A program made the translations under genes and the position numbers. From assembly GCA_964653965.1 (NCBI GenBank), contig CAZZFU010000002.1:1-37508 (forward strand): a stretch of 37,508 bases of DNA, read 5' to 3'. Numbering within the stretch: the first letter of the stretch is position 1; each line of letters begins with the position of its first letter. Below the pieces are notes generated by a model. It was not told the origin of the DNA. It did not search any database and was given only the letters and a program-made list of their open reading frames with translations. Below, piece by piece: positions 1 to 7,442 of this stretch. Source of the stretch: Candidatus Woesearchaeota archaeon. Lineage in GTDB: Archaea > Nanobdellota > Nanobdellia > Pacearchaeales > GW2011-AR1.

Positions 1-2
1 AT

Positions 3-266
3 TTTAATCTTTTAGCTCCAAAAATAGGAGAATTAGTTGATGGTTCACAAAGAGAGCCAGATTTAAAAAAAATTCAGGAACGTCTGAAAAAAGCTAAAAT
101 GGATTTAGGAGCTTCGAATTGGTATTTAGATTCTAGAAGATATGGAAGTGTTCCTCATGCTGGTTTTGGTTTGGGAATTGAAAGATTAGTTGCTTGGATT
201 TGTGGATTTGATACAATAAAAGACGCTATTCCTTTTCCAAGAACTCCAAATAGGTTTAATCCTTAA
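3..266 (+). CDS. asnS: Asparaginyl-tRNA synthetase, C-terminal fragment (5' part lies outside the window)
   Basis: Frame 3 reads FNLLAPKIGELVDGSQRE...NWYLDSRRYGSVPHAGFGLGIERLVAWICGFDTIKDAIPFPRTPNRFNP, stop TAA at 264-266. It has class II aaRS motif 3 (GFGLGxERL...FPR) and the YGSVPH context typical of AsnRS rather than AspRS. Confidence 0.85.
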   Translation, partial: FNLLAPKIGELVDGSQREPDLKKIQERLKKAKMDLGASNWYLDSRRYGSVPHAGFGLGIERLVAWICGFDTIKDAIPFPRTPNRFNP

Positions 267-535
267 AATCGCGTTTATAAATCTTTTGTAGGTTTTTTCT
301 TAATTATTGAGTGTAGATTCATCTTTAAAAGCAAAACAGATTAGGTGTTTTTTATCTAAAATGGAGGTAAACACCATGGAAGAAGAGCATGAAGAAGAAA
401 TGGACGAATCTGAAGACGAAGACGATTCTTGTTCAGAAGATGAAGAATAAACTCTTTGATTTTTTATTTTTATTCTTCTTTTTTCTTTTTATTAAATACC
501 AAAAAATAATTATATTTTTTTATCTTCACAATTTT

Positions 536-901
536 ATGAATAGAAGTGTTGAAGATATTTTTCAAGGAATTAGAGAGGAATTATTAGAGGTCTCTTTTGA
601 AAAAGACCCTTCTCGTTATTATCCAATTAGTTCTTTTTTAAATTTAAATATTGAAAAAGATCCCTCTAGTTATTATTTAATTATTGAATCTTTTTTAAAC
701 TTAAATATTGAGGGGGACATATATGAATTAATGAAATTAGCAAATAGTGAAGAGCAAGCTAGAGCTTATTTGAAAAGATTTTCTAATTTGTTCTCAGATT
801 TTCGTGGATTTTCTCTTGAAAGACAGGCAAATCATTTTTTAGAATATTCAGAATATTATATTAAATGTTATCATGCTTATCACAATAAAGAGATTAATTA
901 G
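536..901 (+). CDS. Hypothetical protein with an internal 18-19 aa tandem duplication
   Basis: The track ORF 389..901 begins in a T-rich, terminator-like tract. The first plausible start is ATG 536 (MNRSVEDIF...). It contains EKDPSRYYPISSFLNLNI / EKDPSSYYLIIESFLNLNI. I recognise no family. Confidence 0.5.
   Translation: MNRSVEDIFQGIREELLEVSFEKDPSRYYPISSFLNLNIEKDPSSYYLIIESFLNLNIEGDIYELMKLANSEEQARAYLKRFSNLFSDFRGFSLERQANHFLEYSEYYIKCYHAYHNKEIN
599..709 (+). repeat. Imperfect tandem duplication (54 + 57 nt) inside CDS 536..901
   Basis: Unit 1 is 599-652 and unit 2 is 653-709. Both start GAAAAAGAyCC and end AAAyTTAAATATT. Confidence 0.8.
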
Positions 902-931
902 GTTTTTAAATTGAATTTTGTTTGAGGGAAT

Positions 932-1885
932 ATGAAAATATTAGTTATTGGAGATCTGCATGGTCAAAAGCCTAGAATTCACTTTAATGATTTTGATTGT
1001 ATAATTCAAGTAGGAGATGTGGCAGATGATTCTGAGTTTAGACCTTATCTTAAAGAAATTTTTAAACTTTGGAAAGAAAGTGAAAAAAGAAGTATTGGGA
1101 TGGATGATTTTATTATTGAAAAAATAGGAAAAAAAGAATTTAATAAAATTACTAAGAAATCTCTTGATAAAGGAAGAGAAGTTCTCAAATTCCTAACTAA
1201 TTTTGGAAAACCTGTTTTTTTTGTTCCTGGAAATTGGGATGAAAGTTATGGTAAAACAAGAATAAAAAATATAGAAAAATCAGATTATAATTATCTAAAA
1301 GCATTTTATGATTTTTGGTTGGGAGACAAAATAAACCCAAAATTAATAAAAGGAGTAAAAAATCTAAAAAACTGCCAATTTAAAAATCATATTTTTGAAG
1401 GAGTTAATTTTGTAGGATATGGTTTAAGTTCTGGTCCTGAAGATATTAAAAGAAGAAAAGCCAAACTTTATAAAAAAACTAAGAGAAAAAAGGATATTTT
1501 AGATAAACAATATGTAAAATTGAAAGAAGCACATCAAAAAATTATTGATAAATTAAATCTTGCTTTTAAGAAAAGAAATAAAGAATTACCTACAATTTTT
1601 ATTTCGCATAATGTTCCATATAATACAAAATTAGATGTTGTAAATGACAAAGAGAATTATGTTCATAAAATGCATTTAGGTTCAAGTATTGCAAGAAAGT
1701 TTTGTGAAAAACATGAACCTCTACTTTGTATAGGGGGACATCTTCATGATCATTTTGGAAAAACAAAGATAGGCAAAACAACTGTTATTAATGCTGGTTT
1801 TGGAAAAGATGCAAATGTTTTAATTGATTTAGATGAAAAAAAAGGAAAAATTAGAAAAGTAGAATTTTATAAAAAGAAACAATGA
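932..1885 (+). CDS. Calcineurin-like metallophosphoesterase
   Basis: Motifs: MKILVIGDLHG (DxHG), VGDVADD (GD), PGNWDE (GNH/D-E type) and GGHLHD near the C-terminus. The stop overlaps the next start (ATGA at 1882-1885). Confidence 0.8.
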   Translation: MKILVIGDLHGQKPRIHFNDFDCIIQVGDVADDSEFRPYLKEIFKLWKESEKRSIGMDDFIIEKIGKKEFNKITKKSLDKGREVLKFLTNFGKPVFFVPGNWDESYGKTRIKNIEKSDYNYLKAFYDFWLGDKINPKLIKGVKNLKNCQFKNHIFEGVNFVGYGLSSGPEDIKRRKAKLYKKTKRKKDILDKQYVKLKEAHQKIIDKLNLAFKKRNKELPTIFISHNVPYNTKLDVVNDKENYVHKMHLGSSIARKFCEKHEPLLCIGGHLHDHFGKTKIGKTTVINAGFGKDANVLIDLDEKKGKIRKVEFYKKKQ

Positions 1886-2349
1886 AATACAAGAAGATAA
1901 TTGTGTATGGTTTAACTGCAAGCGGAAAAACAACACTTGCAAATAAAATTTCAAAGATTCTTAAAATAAAAGTTTATTGTACAGATGATTTTGCATATAA
2001 AAAGAAATGGGCTCTAAAAGCAACTGAAGAAGAATTTAAGAAAAAATTGAAAAAAGTTCTTAAGAATAAAAAATGGATAATAGAAGGAGTTCATGTTAGG
2101 TGGCTAGAAGACGCTATAAAAAAAGCAGATTTGATTGTATTTACTAATCCTCCAAAAAGAATAATGGCCTCAAGAGCTTTAAAAAGATCTAAGAAAGAGG
2201 GCTCTTTAAAACAAAAATTAAAACTTCTTTATTGGGTTTACCGTTGGGGGCCTTTATGGTATAGAAAATATAAAAAAGTCCCTAGGAAATTTGTGGAATT
2301 AAAAAATAAAAAAAATATTTCTTCCTTTTTAGATAATCTTACTAAATAA
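1882..2349 (+). CDS. P-loop nucleotide kinase (adenylate kinase / FlaR topology-modulation-like)
   Basis: Walker A motif in IIVYGLTASGKTTLANKIS. Small size, and an NMP-kinase-like layout with WIIEG and DLIVF segments. Confidence 0.6.
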   Translation: MKYKKIIVYGLTASGKTTLANKISKILKIKVYCTDDFAYKKKWALKATEEEFKKKLKKVLKNKKWIIEGVHVRWLEDAIKKADLIVFTNPPKRIMASRALKRSKKEGSLKQKLKLLYWVYRWGPLWYRKYKKVPRKFVELKNKKNISSFLDNLTK

Positions 2350-2381
2350 AACTTTAAAAACAAATAGCTCTTTGAGATTTT

Positions 2382-3230
2382 ATGGAGAATGTTGTGATAT
2401 TTGATATTGAAGGATTAGAAAAAACCAAGAAAAAGATTTTAGAACAAGGAAAAGATAGAATTCATGTTCTTGCTGATTTTGATAGAACTCTAACTAAATG
2501 TTTTGTTAATAGTAAGAAAATACCTTCAATTATATCTGTTCTTAGAGATGAAGATTATTTATCTGAAGAATATTCTGAAAAAGCAAAAGCATTAGCTAAC
2601 AAATATCATCCTATTGAAGTTGATTCAGCTATTTCTGTTGAAGAAAAGAAAAAAGCAATGCATGATTGGTGGACTTCACATTTTGACTTATTAATAAAAT
2701 CTGGATTAAATAAAAAACATTTAGAAAAAGTAATTGAAAATGGAAATATCCAACTTAGAGAAGGTGCTTCTGGATTCTTTGATTTTTTACATGAGAGGGA
2801 AATACCTTTAGTTATTATGTCATCAGCAGGATTAGGCGGAGATTCTATTTCAATGTACCTTAAGAAACAAGGAAAGTTATATGATAATGTTCATATTGTT
2901 TCTAATTCATATGAATGGGATGTTAATGGAAATGCAAAAGCAGTGAAAGAACCAATTATACATTCTATGAATAAAGATGAAACAGCAATTCAAAATTATA
3001 AAGTATTTGATTTAATAAAAGATAAAAAAAATGTTTTATTGTTAGGAGATGGTTTAGGAGATGTTGGTATGATAACTGGTTTTGATTATGATAATTTAAT
3101 AAAAATTGGATTTTTGAATGAAAAAGTAGGAGAAAATCTAGAGCAATATAAGGAAAATTTTGATATTATATTATTAAATGATGCTAATTTTAATTATGTG
3201 AATAAGTTAGTAAAAGAAATTATAAAATGA
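2382..3230 (+). CDS. HAD-superfamily pyrimidine 5'-nucleotidase (UMPH-1 / cytosolic 5'-nucleotidase III-like)
   Basis: HAD motif I DFDRTLT, motif II IMSSAGLG, motif IV LLLGDGLGDVGM. The long cap region between motifs I and II resembles the P5N-1 family, from memory. Confidence 0.6.
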   Translation: MENVVIFDIEGLEKTKKKILEQGKDRIHVLADFDRTLTKCFVNSKKIPSIISVLRDEDYLSEEYSEKAKALANKYHPIEVDSAISVEEKKKAMHDWWTSHFDLLIKSGLNKKHLEKVIENGNIQLREGASGFFDFLHEREIPLVIMSSAGLGGDSISMYLKKQGKLYDNVHIVSNSYEWDVNGNAKAVKEPIIHSMNKDETAIQNYKVFDLIKDKKNVLLLGDGLGDVGMITGFDYDNLIKIGFLNEKVGENLEQYKENFDIILLNDANFNYVNKLVKEIIK

Positions 3231-3892
3231 ACATTAAAGATATAGAAATTAAGTGGCTTGGGCATTCTGGATTTTTAATTAAAAATTCTAAGGCAATTTA
3301 TATAGATCCTTATAATATTAAAGAAACAGAGGAGAAAGCAGACATTATTTTATTGACACACAGCCATTATGACCATTGCAGTGTTGCAGATATTGAAAAG
3401 ATTGTTCAAGAAGGAACAAAAATAATTGCTCCTGCAGATTGTCAGAGTAAAATTACTAGATTTGAGGTTCCTATTGAAATGGAAGTTGTAGAGGTTGGGA
3501 GAGAGCTTAATTTAGGAAGTATAAAATTAGCAGTTTTACCTGCTTATAATATTAATAAGCATTTTCATCCTAAAGATGAAGGATGGGTTGGATATTTAAT
3601 TAAAATTAACAATGTTCTAATTTATCATGCTGGAGATACTGATGTTATCCCTGAAATGCAAAAATTAACAGGTTATCATCAGCCAGGAAAGGAATTTGTG
3701 GCTCTTCTTCCTATTGGAGGAAGATTTACAATGGGTGTTGAAGAGGCTGTTGAAGCAGCTAAAATTATTAAACCAACTTTAGCAATTCCAATGCATTATG
3801 CAAGTATAATTGGAACTATAACAGATGCTGAAGAGTTTGTTGAACTTTGTGAAGAAGAGGGGATAAATGCTTTAATATTAGAAAAATCTTAA
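3227..3892 (+). CDS. Metallo-beta-lactamase-fold hydrolase (UPF0173-like)
   Basis: LTHSHYDHC (HxHxDH) motif, later YHAGDT and PMHY. Its start overlaps the previous stop (ATGA at 3227-3230). Confidence 0.8.
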   Translation: MNIKDIEIKWLGHSGFLIKNSKAIYIDPYNIKETEEKADIILLTHSHYDHCSVADIEKIVQEGTKIIAPADCQSKITRFEVPIEMEVVEVGRELNLGSIKLAVLPAYNINKHFHPKDEGWVGYLIKINNVLIYHAGDTDVIPEMQKLTGYHQPGKEFVALLPIGGRFTMGVEEAVEAAKIIKPTLAIPMHYASIIGTITDAEEFVELCEEEGINALILEKS

Positions 3893-3947
3893 ATTTTTCT
3901 AATCCACGAAATCAAAGAATTAGCAAGATTTCTTTGGTATTGAGAAA

Positions 3948-4604
3948 TCATAATTTTTGAAGTTTTTCTTTGAGTTGTTTTGGAGATTTAATATATTCTA
4001 ATTTAATGCCAAATTCTTTTAGATATGCTTCTGTTTCAGGATATAATTTTTTATTTTTTATAAATGGTGTATAAATAAAATAAGTATAAGGAATATTTTT
4101 ATTTGCTCTTATTTGAGGATGAAGTCCTTTAACATTTGATACTCCATTTTTGAAACCTTTCATTAATTTAAATAAATAAGTTGAGTAATTCATTTCTAAT
4201 TCTGAACCAGGACTAATTCCTAAGGATAAAACAATATCTCCAAAAAATCCTCTTAATCTATTTTGTTCTCTCCAATCTCCAGAATCTATAAATTCATCAA
4301 AAATCTTTTTTCCATTTATTTTTTCATTCATATAGGGCTTTAAATGTTCAATTCCATATCTCTTGTCAGATTTTGGAATAGTTCCTATTGCTTTTTTTCC
4401 TCCTTGTTTTTTATATAATCTCGCTATTTCTATATCAACTCCTTTGTCTGGAACCAATACTATCTCTACATCTGCTTCAACTAGTGCTTTTGCAATCTTT
4501 TTTAGTTCAGATTTTAATTTCTTTTTATTAATTTTTTGAAGTTTTTGATAATAGAATTCTAGATTTCCTGGCCCAATTATAGCTACTCTTAAAGATTGTT
4601 TCAT
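3948..4604 (-). CDS. Hypothetical Rossmann-like protein (possibly LOG/SLOG, TIGR00725-like)
   Basis: N-terminal VAIIGPGN glycine-rich turn, VLVPDKGVDIEIARLYKKQGGKKAIGTIP, and GISPGSELEM, which is reminiscent of the PGGxGTxxE LOG motif. Similarity is weak and judged from memory only. Confidence 0.4.
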   Translation of the reverse strand: MKQSLRVAIIGPGNLEFYYQKLQKINKKKLKSELKKIAKALVEADVEIVLVPDKGVDIEIARLYKKQGGKKAIGTIPKSDKRYGIEHLKPYMNEKINGKKIFDEFIDSGDWREQNRLRGFFGDIVLSLGISPGSELEMNYSTYLFKLMKGFKNGVSNVKGLHPQIRANKNIPYTYFIYTPFIKNKKLYPETEAYLKEFGIKLEYIKSPKQLKEKLQKL

Positions 4605-4654
4605 AGCTTATAGAGAGCCTTAAAATATATAAAGATTTTCTTATTGAATTTATT

Positions 4655-5266
4655 ATGCCCCGAGACAATTTTCTGCAGAGAAAAAAAGATGTTTTATCTA
4701 GAAAGGATAAATCTCATATTGGAAAATGGGATAAAAAAATTATTAAATTATGCAATAAGATAAATTCATTAGAAAATTATTATACAACTTCTTCTTGTTC
4801 TGGAAGAATAATACTAATTCCAGATAAAGAGAAAAAAGCAAGAGACTTGTTTCTTGAGAGATATCATGATTTAATTAGTTTTAAGCAATTAAAAAAAGAT
4901 TTAGAAAAAATTGCAGTTTCTTCTAGCCACCATCCACCCCACCCCTTCCACAAAGCAAGTAAGATAAAAGAATTAATTAAATTTAAATTAGACCCTTGTG
5001 CTCTTCATGTTGCATGTAGGGATTTAGATAGTGCTAATAAATTATATTCTAAAGCAAAATTAACTGGCTGGAAAAAATCAGGGATTATTGCAATAAATAA
5101 AAGATATGTTCTTGAATTAAATAGCACAGAAAGATTAGAACTTCCAATCATAGATAAGGGGAAAATTCTTGTAGATGATAATTTCTTGAGGATTCTAGTT
5201 AAAAGAGCAAATCAAAAACTAAGAAATACTTGGAAAAAAATAAGAGCTTTTGAGAAATGTTTATAA
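4655..5266 (+). CDS. taw3: tRNA wyosine-derivative methyltransferase Taw3/TYW3-like
   Basis: Hallmark YYTTSSCSGRI motif and downstream DPCALHVACRDLDSA...GWKKSGI blocks, typical of the TYW3 family. A C-rich in-frame segment encodes SSSHHPPHPFHK (see repeat at 4927-4956). Confidence 0.75.
   Translation: MPRDNFLQRKKDVLSRKDKSHIGKWDKKIIKLCNKINSLENYYTTSSCSGRIILIPDKEKKARDLFLERYHDLISFKQLKKDLEKIAVSSSHHPPHPFHKASKIKELIKFKLDPCALHVACRDLDSANKLYSKAKLTGWKKSGIIAINKRYVLELNSTERLELPIIDKGKILVDDNFLRILVKRANQKLRNTWKKIRAFEKCL
4927..4956 (+). repeat. C-rich motif copy A (CCACCATCCACCCCACCCCTTCCACAAAGC), in frame within taw3
   Basis: A local C-rich island in an AT-rich gene. It shares CCACCAT...TCCAC..AAG.C with copies at 28310-28338 and 28644-28673, all with the C-rich strand on +. 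Confidence 0.6.
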
Positions 5267-5288
5267 GTTCTATTTCACTTTAAATAAA

Positions 5289-7169
5289 ATGGAAGAGGTG
5301 GGAAATAAATCTTCAAATTTAAAGAATTCTAAAATATCCAAACCTAATAATTATTCTAATAAAGAAGTACCTAAATCTTCTAATTCCCCTGTTGCACCTG
5401 CACCTAGAAAATCAATACCTAAAGAATATATTAGCAAACCCAAATCTCCTGTTCAACCTGTTTCTAAAAAACCTCAAGTACAATATGATAAATATTTAGA
5501 TTTAGGTTATTTTCATAGAAAAAAAGAAAAAAAACAAGGCAAACCTTTTATTTCACCTGTTTCTCAAAAGCCTGAACTTAGAAAACCTGAACCAACAAAA
5601 CCTAAAATAGAAGAAAAAAAAGAGCCTGAAGAACCTGAGACAAAAAAGGAGACAGAAGATAAACTTTCAGAGTTAAAAAGTTCTAAAGAAAATAAATCTC
5701 ATAAGCCATCTTTAATTTTTCTAGGAATTTTTATTTTAGTTTTAATATTTGGTTTAGTTTTATTTTTAGTTTGGTATCTTGGACCCCATTCAAGTAATAT
5801 TTCAGAAAGTGATTTAGTTAGAGGAACTTTTTTAGATTTAGGAGAAGGTAAAAAAGCCAAGTTTAGTATTGATGGTGAAGATCATGAAGTATTAGTTGAT
5901 TCTGTTTATACTTATTCAGTTGATTTAACTATTTCAAGTCAGCCTTTTACTATTAATTTAAGAGTAGGAGAGAGCAGAAAACTTGATTTAGATTTAGATA
6001 ATTATTATGATTTGAAAATTGGATTAAAGTCTATTGATGGAGACATTCCAAATTTATATTTGAGAGCAATAGATGAATTTATTTGCATAGAAGATTGGAC
6101 TTGTGGAAATTGGTCAATATGTGTAAATGGAACTCAAACTAGAAATTGTACAGATAGAAATAATTGTGGAACCGAAGAAAGTAGGCCTCCTGAAGGAAGA
6201 TATTGTATAGAATCAACTTCTGAACAAAATCAAACTATAAATGGAACACTTGATTGTGGAAGTGATTGGAGCTGTTTTATTAATGCTTCTAAAAACTGTA
6301 CTAGTGCTTCTTTAATGCAATACTCTTCTTTAGATATTTTTGGAGTTTTTATTAATTCAACTACTTATCTTGAAATAAGAAAACCTGAAAATGAATCTAA
6401 TAAATGTAATTTATATACAGAAACTATAGATATTTCAGTAGGATATACTGATGAATTAATTGAGATATTTATGGAAGAATTTAATCTTACTTTTTCAGAG
6501 ATACAAGAAGCAGAAGCAGAAGTAAATGAATCTGCTCAGGAGATTTCAGTAGGTTTGTGGGTTAATTGTTCTTATGATTCAGATAAAATATCAGCAATAT
6601 TAAATGCTTCAAAATATGGCATAGCAAATTGCAGCTTTAATATAAGTCTTTCTTCTCCTAATTATTATACAACAGAATGTTATTATGAACCAGAAGGACA
6701 GATTTTAGGAGTTTGTGAAACAAGTAATTTAGAAGCAGTTAATAATCCTATTGATGCTTGGGAAGAAGGAGCAGAGGGGAATAATGAAAGTTTTGTACCA
6801 AACACAATATTGGATTGTTATAATGAGAATCTTTCAGAACTCTTGTGCGAACCTGAAGTAGCTCTTGAATTTACTAATTTATTTGAAAGTAGGTTGAGCA
6901 TATGTGAAACCTCAGAAGGAACTTTTGCTCTTGGACTTGAACCTCTAGTAGGTATCTTTAGAGGTTATGAAATTCAGAGTGAACAAGATGATAAGTGTAT
7001 TGTTAAATTTTGGTTTTTGGAAAATAATGTGGTGGATTCTAGCCTATTAAATAAACAAATGATTTGTGAATATAATTCTTCTCAAAGAACAGTACAAGAT
7101 GTCAATGATTGTTTTCCAGAATGTTGCTCAGGAGAATTAGTTGATGCAATAAATAATTTAGCTGATTAA
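5289..7169 (+). CDS. Type-I-like membrane-anchored, Cys-rich, sequon-rich surface protein with a Lys/Pro-rich N-terminal region
   Basis: The track ORF starts at TTG 5250, inside taw3; the first ATG is at 5289 (MEEVGNK...). It has KP-rich low-complexity sequence, one TM segment (PSLIFLGIFILVLIFGLVLFLVWYLG), then about 440 aa with many Cys and many NxS/T sequons. A WTCGNWSICVNGTQTRNCTDRNNCG mini-domain is present. Confidence 0.65.
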   Translation: MEEVGNKSSNLKNSKISKPNNYSNKEVPKSSNSPVAPAPRKSIPKEYISKPKSPVQPVSKKPQVQYDKYLDLGYFHRKKEKKQGKPFISPVSQKPELRKPEPTKPKIEEKKEPEEPETKKETEDKLSELKSSKENKSHKPSLIFLGIFILVLIFGLVLFLVWYLGPHSSNISESDLVRGTFLDLGEGKKAKFSIDGEDHEVLVDSVYTYSVDLTISSQPFTINLRVGESRKLDLDLDNYYDLKIGLKSIDGDIPNLYLRAIDEFICIEDWTCGNWSICVNGTQTRNCTDRNNCGTEESRPPEGRYCIESTSEQNQTINGTLDCGSDWSCFINASKNCTSASLMQYSSLDIFGVFINSTTYLEIRKPENESNKCNLYTETIDISVGYTDELIEIFMEEFNLTFSEIQEAEAEVNESAQEISVGLWVNCSYDSDKISAILNASKYGIANCSFNISLSSPNYYTTECYYEPEGQILGVCETSNLEAVNNPIDAWEEGAEGNNESFVPNTILDCYNENLSELLCEPEVALEFTNLFESRLSICETSEGTFALGLEPLVGIFRGYEIQSEQDDKCIVKFWFLENNVVDSSLLNKQMICEYNSSQRTVQDVNDCFPECCSGELVDAINNLAD

Positions 7170-7298
7170 TATCCCTTTTTTATCACCAAAATTTATTTAA
7201 AGAATTCTCTATTATTATTTTTGTATATTAATTATTCATTTGAGGGATTGAATAGTTAATAATTGTATAGAGGTGATTTCTCCTCTTTTTTGTTAACA

Positions 7299-7326
7299 AT
7301 AGTTGGAAATTTGCCAACTATATAAA
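7299..7326 (+). promoter_or_regulatory. Candidate ftsZ promoter: perfect palindrome ATAGTTGG-N7-CCAACTAT overlapping the TATA box TATATAAA
   Basis: Inverted repeat at 7299-7306 / 7314-7321 and TATATAAA at 7319-7326, about 120 nt upstream of the ftsZ ATG. Confidence 0.4.
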
Positions 7327-7337
7327 CTTTTCGAATG

Positions 7338-7407
7338 TCAGGAACAAGTTCCTGAGCATTTTAGAAACTAAGCTGTGCTTACGCACAGAATACTGAAAGT
7401 TTCTAAA
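7338..7407 (+). promoter_or_regulatory. Structured leader or small RNA upstream of ftsZ (nested perfect hairpins)
   Basis: TCAGGAAC-AA-GTTCCTGA at 7338-7355. TTTAGAAACT (7360-7369) pairs with AGTTTCTAAA (7398-7407) and encloses CTGTGC-TTAC-GCACAG (7373-7388). SD GGAGGT at 7430-7435 lies 7 nt before ATG 7443. Confidence 0.45.
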
Positions 7408-7442
7408 AGAAAAGTACATAGAATTAGAAGGAGGTTAAAAAG

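Noticed and set aside
389-535. N-terminal 49 codons of track ORF 389..901 (MKKKWTNLKTK...FFFFLF...)
   Set aside because: This part runs through a T-rich terminator-like tract and overlaps the SD-preceded acidic mini-ORF in another frame. Its translation is low-complexity Phe/Leu/Lys. The start at ATG 536 is preferred.
1599-1781. Short ORFs antisense to clear genes: 1599-1781, 7844-8089, 9176-9358, 9512-9697, 11134-11394, 11694-11897, 12491-12814, 15061-15291, 15386-15655, 19999-20358, 20553-20783, 20901-21137, 21249-21440, 21824-22024, 24246-24437, 26131-26322, 34313-34516, 34371-34577
   Set aside because: Each lies fully or largely within a well-supported gene on the opposite strand. Their products are Phe/Leu/Ser-rich low-complexity peptides, as expected from reading AT-rich coding DNA backwards. 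None has an SD or a recognisable motif.
5250-5288. TTG start at 5250 for the surface protein, overlapping taw3
   Set aside because: It is a non-ATG start inside the preceding gene. An in-frame ATG at 5289 gives a cleaner gene boundary. Neither start can be proven from sequence alone.
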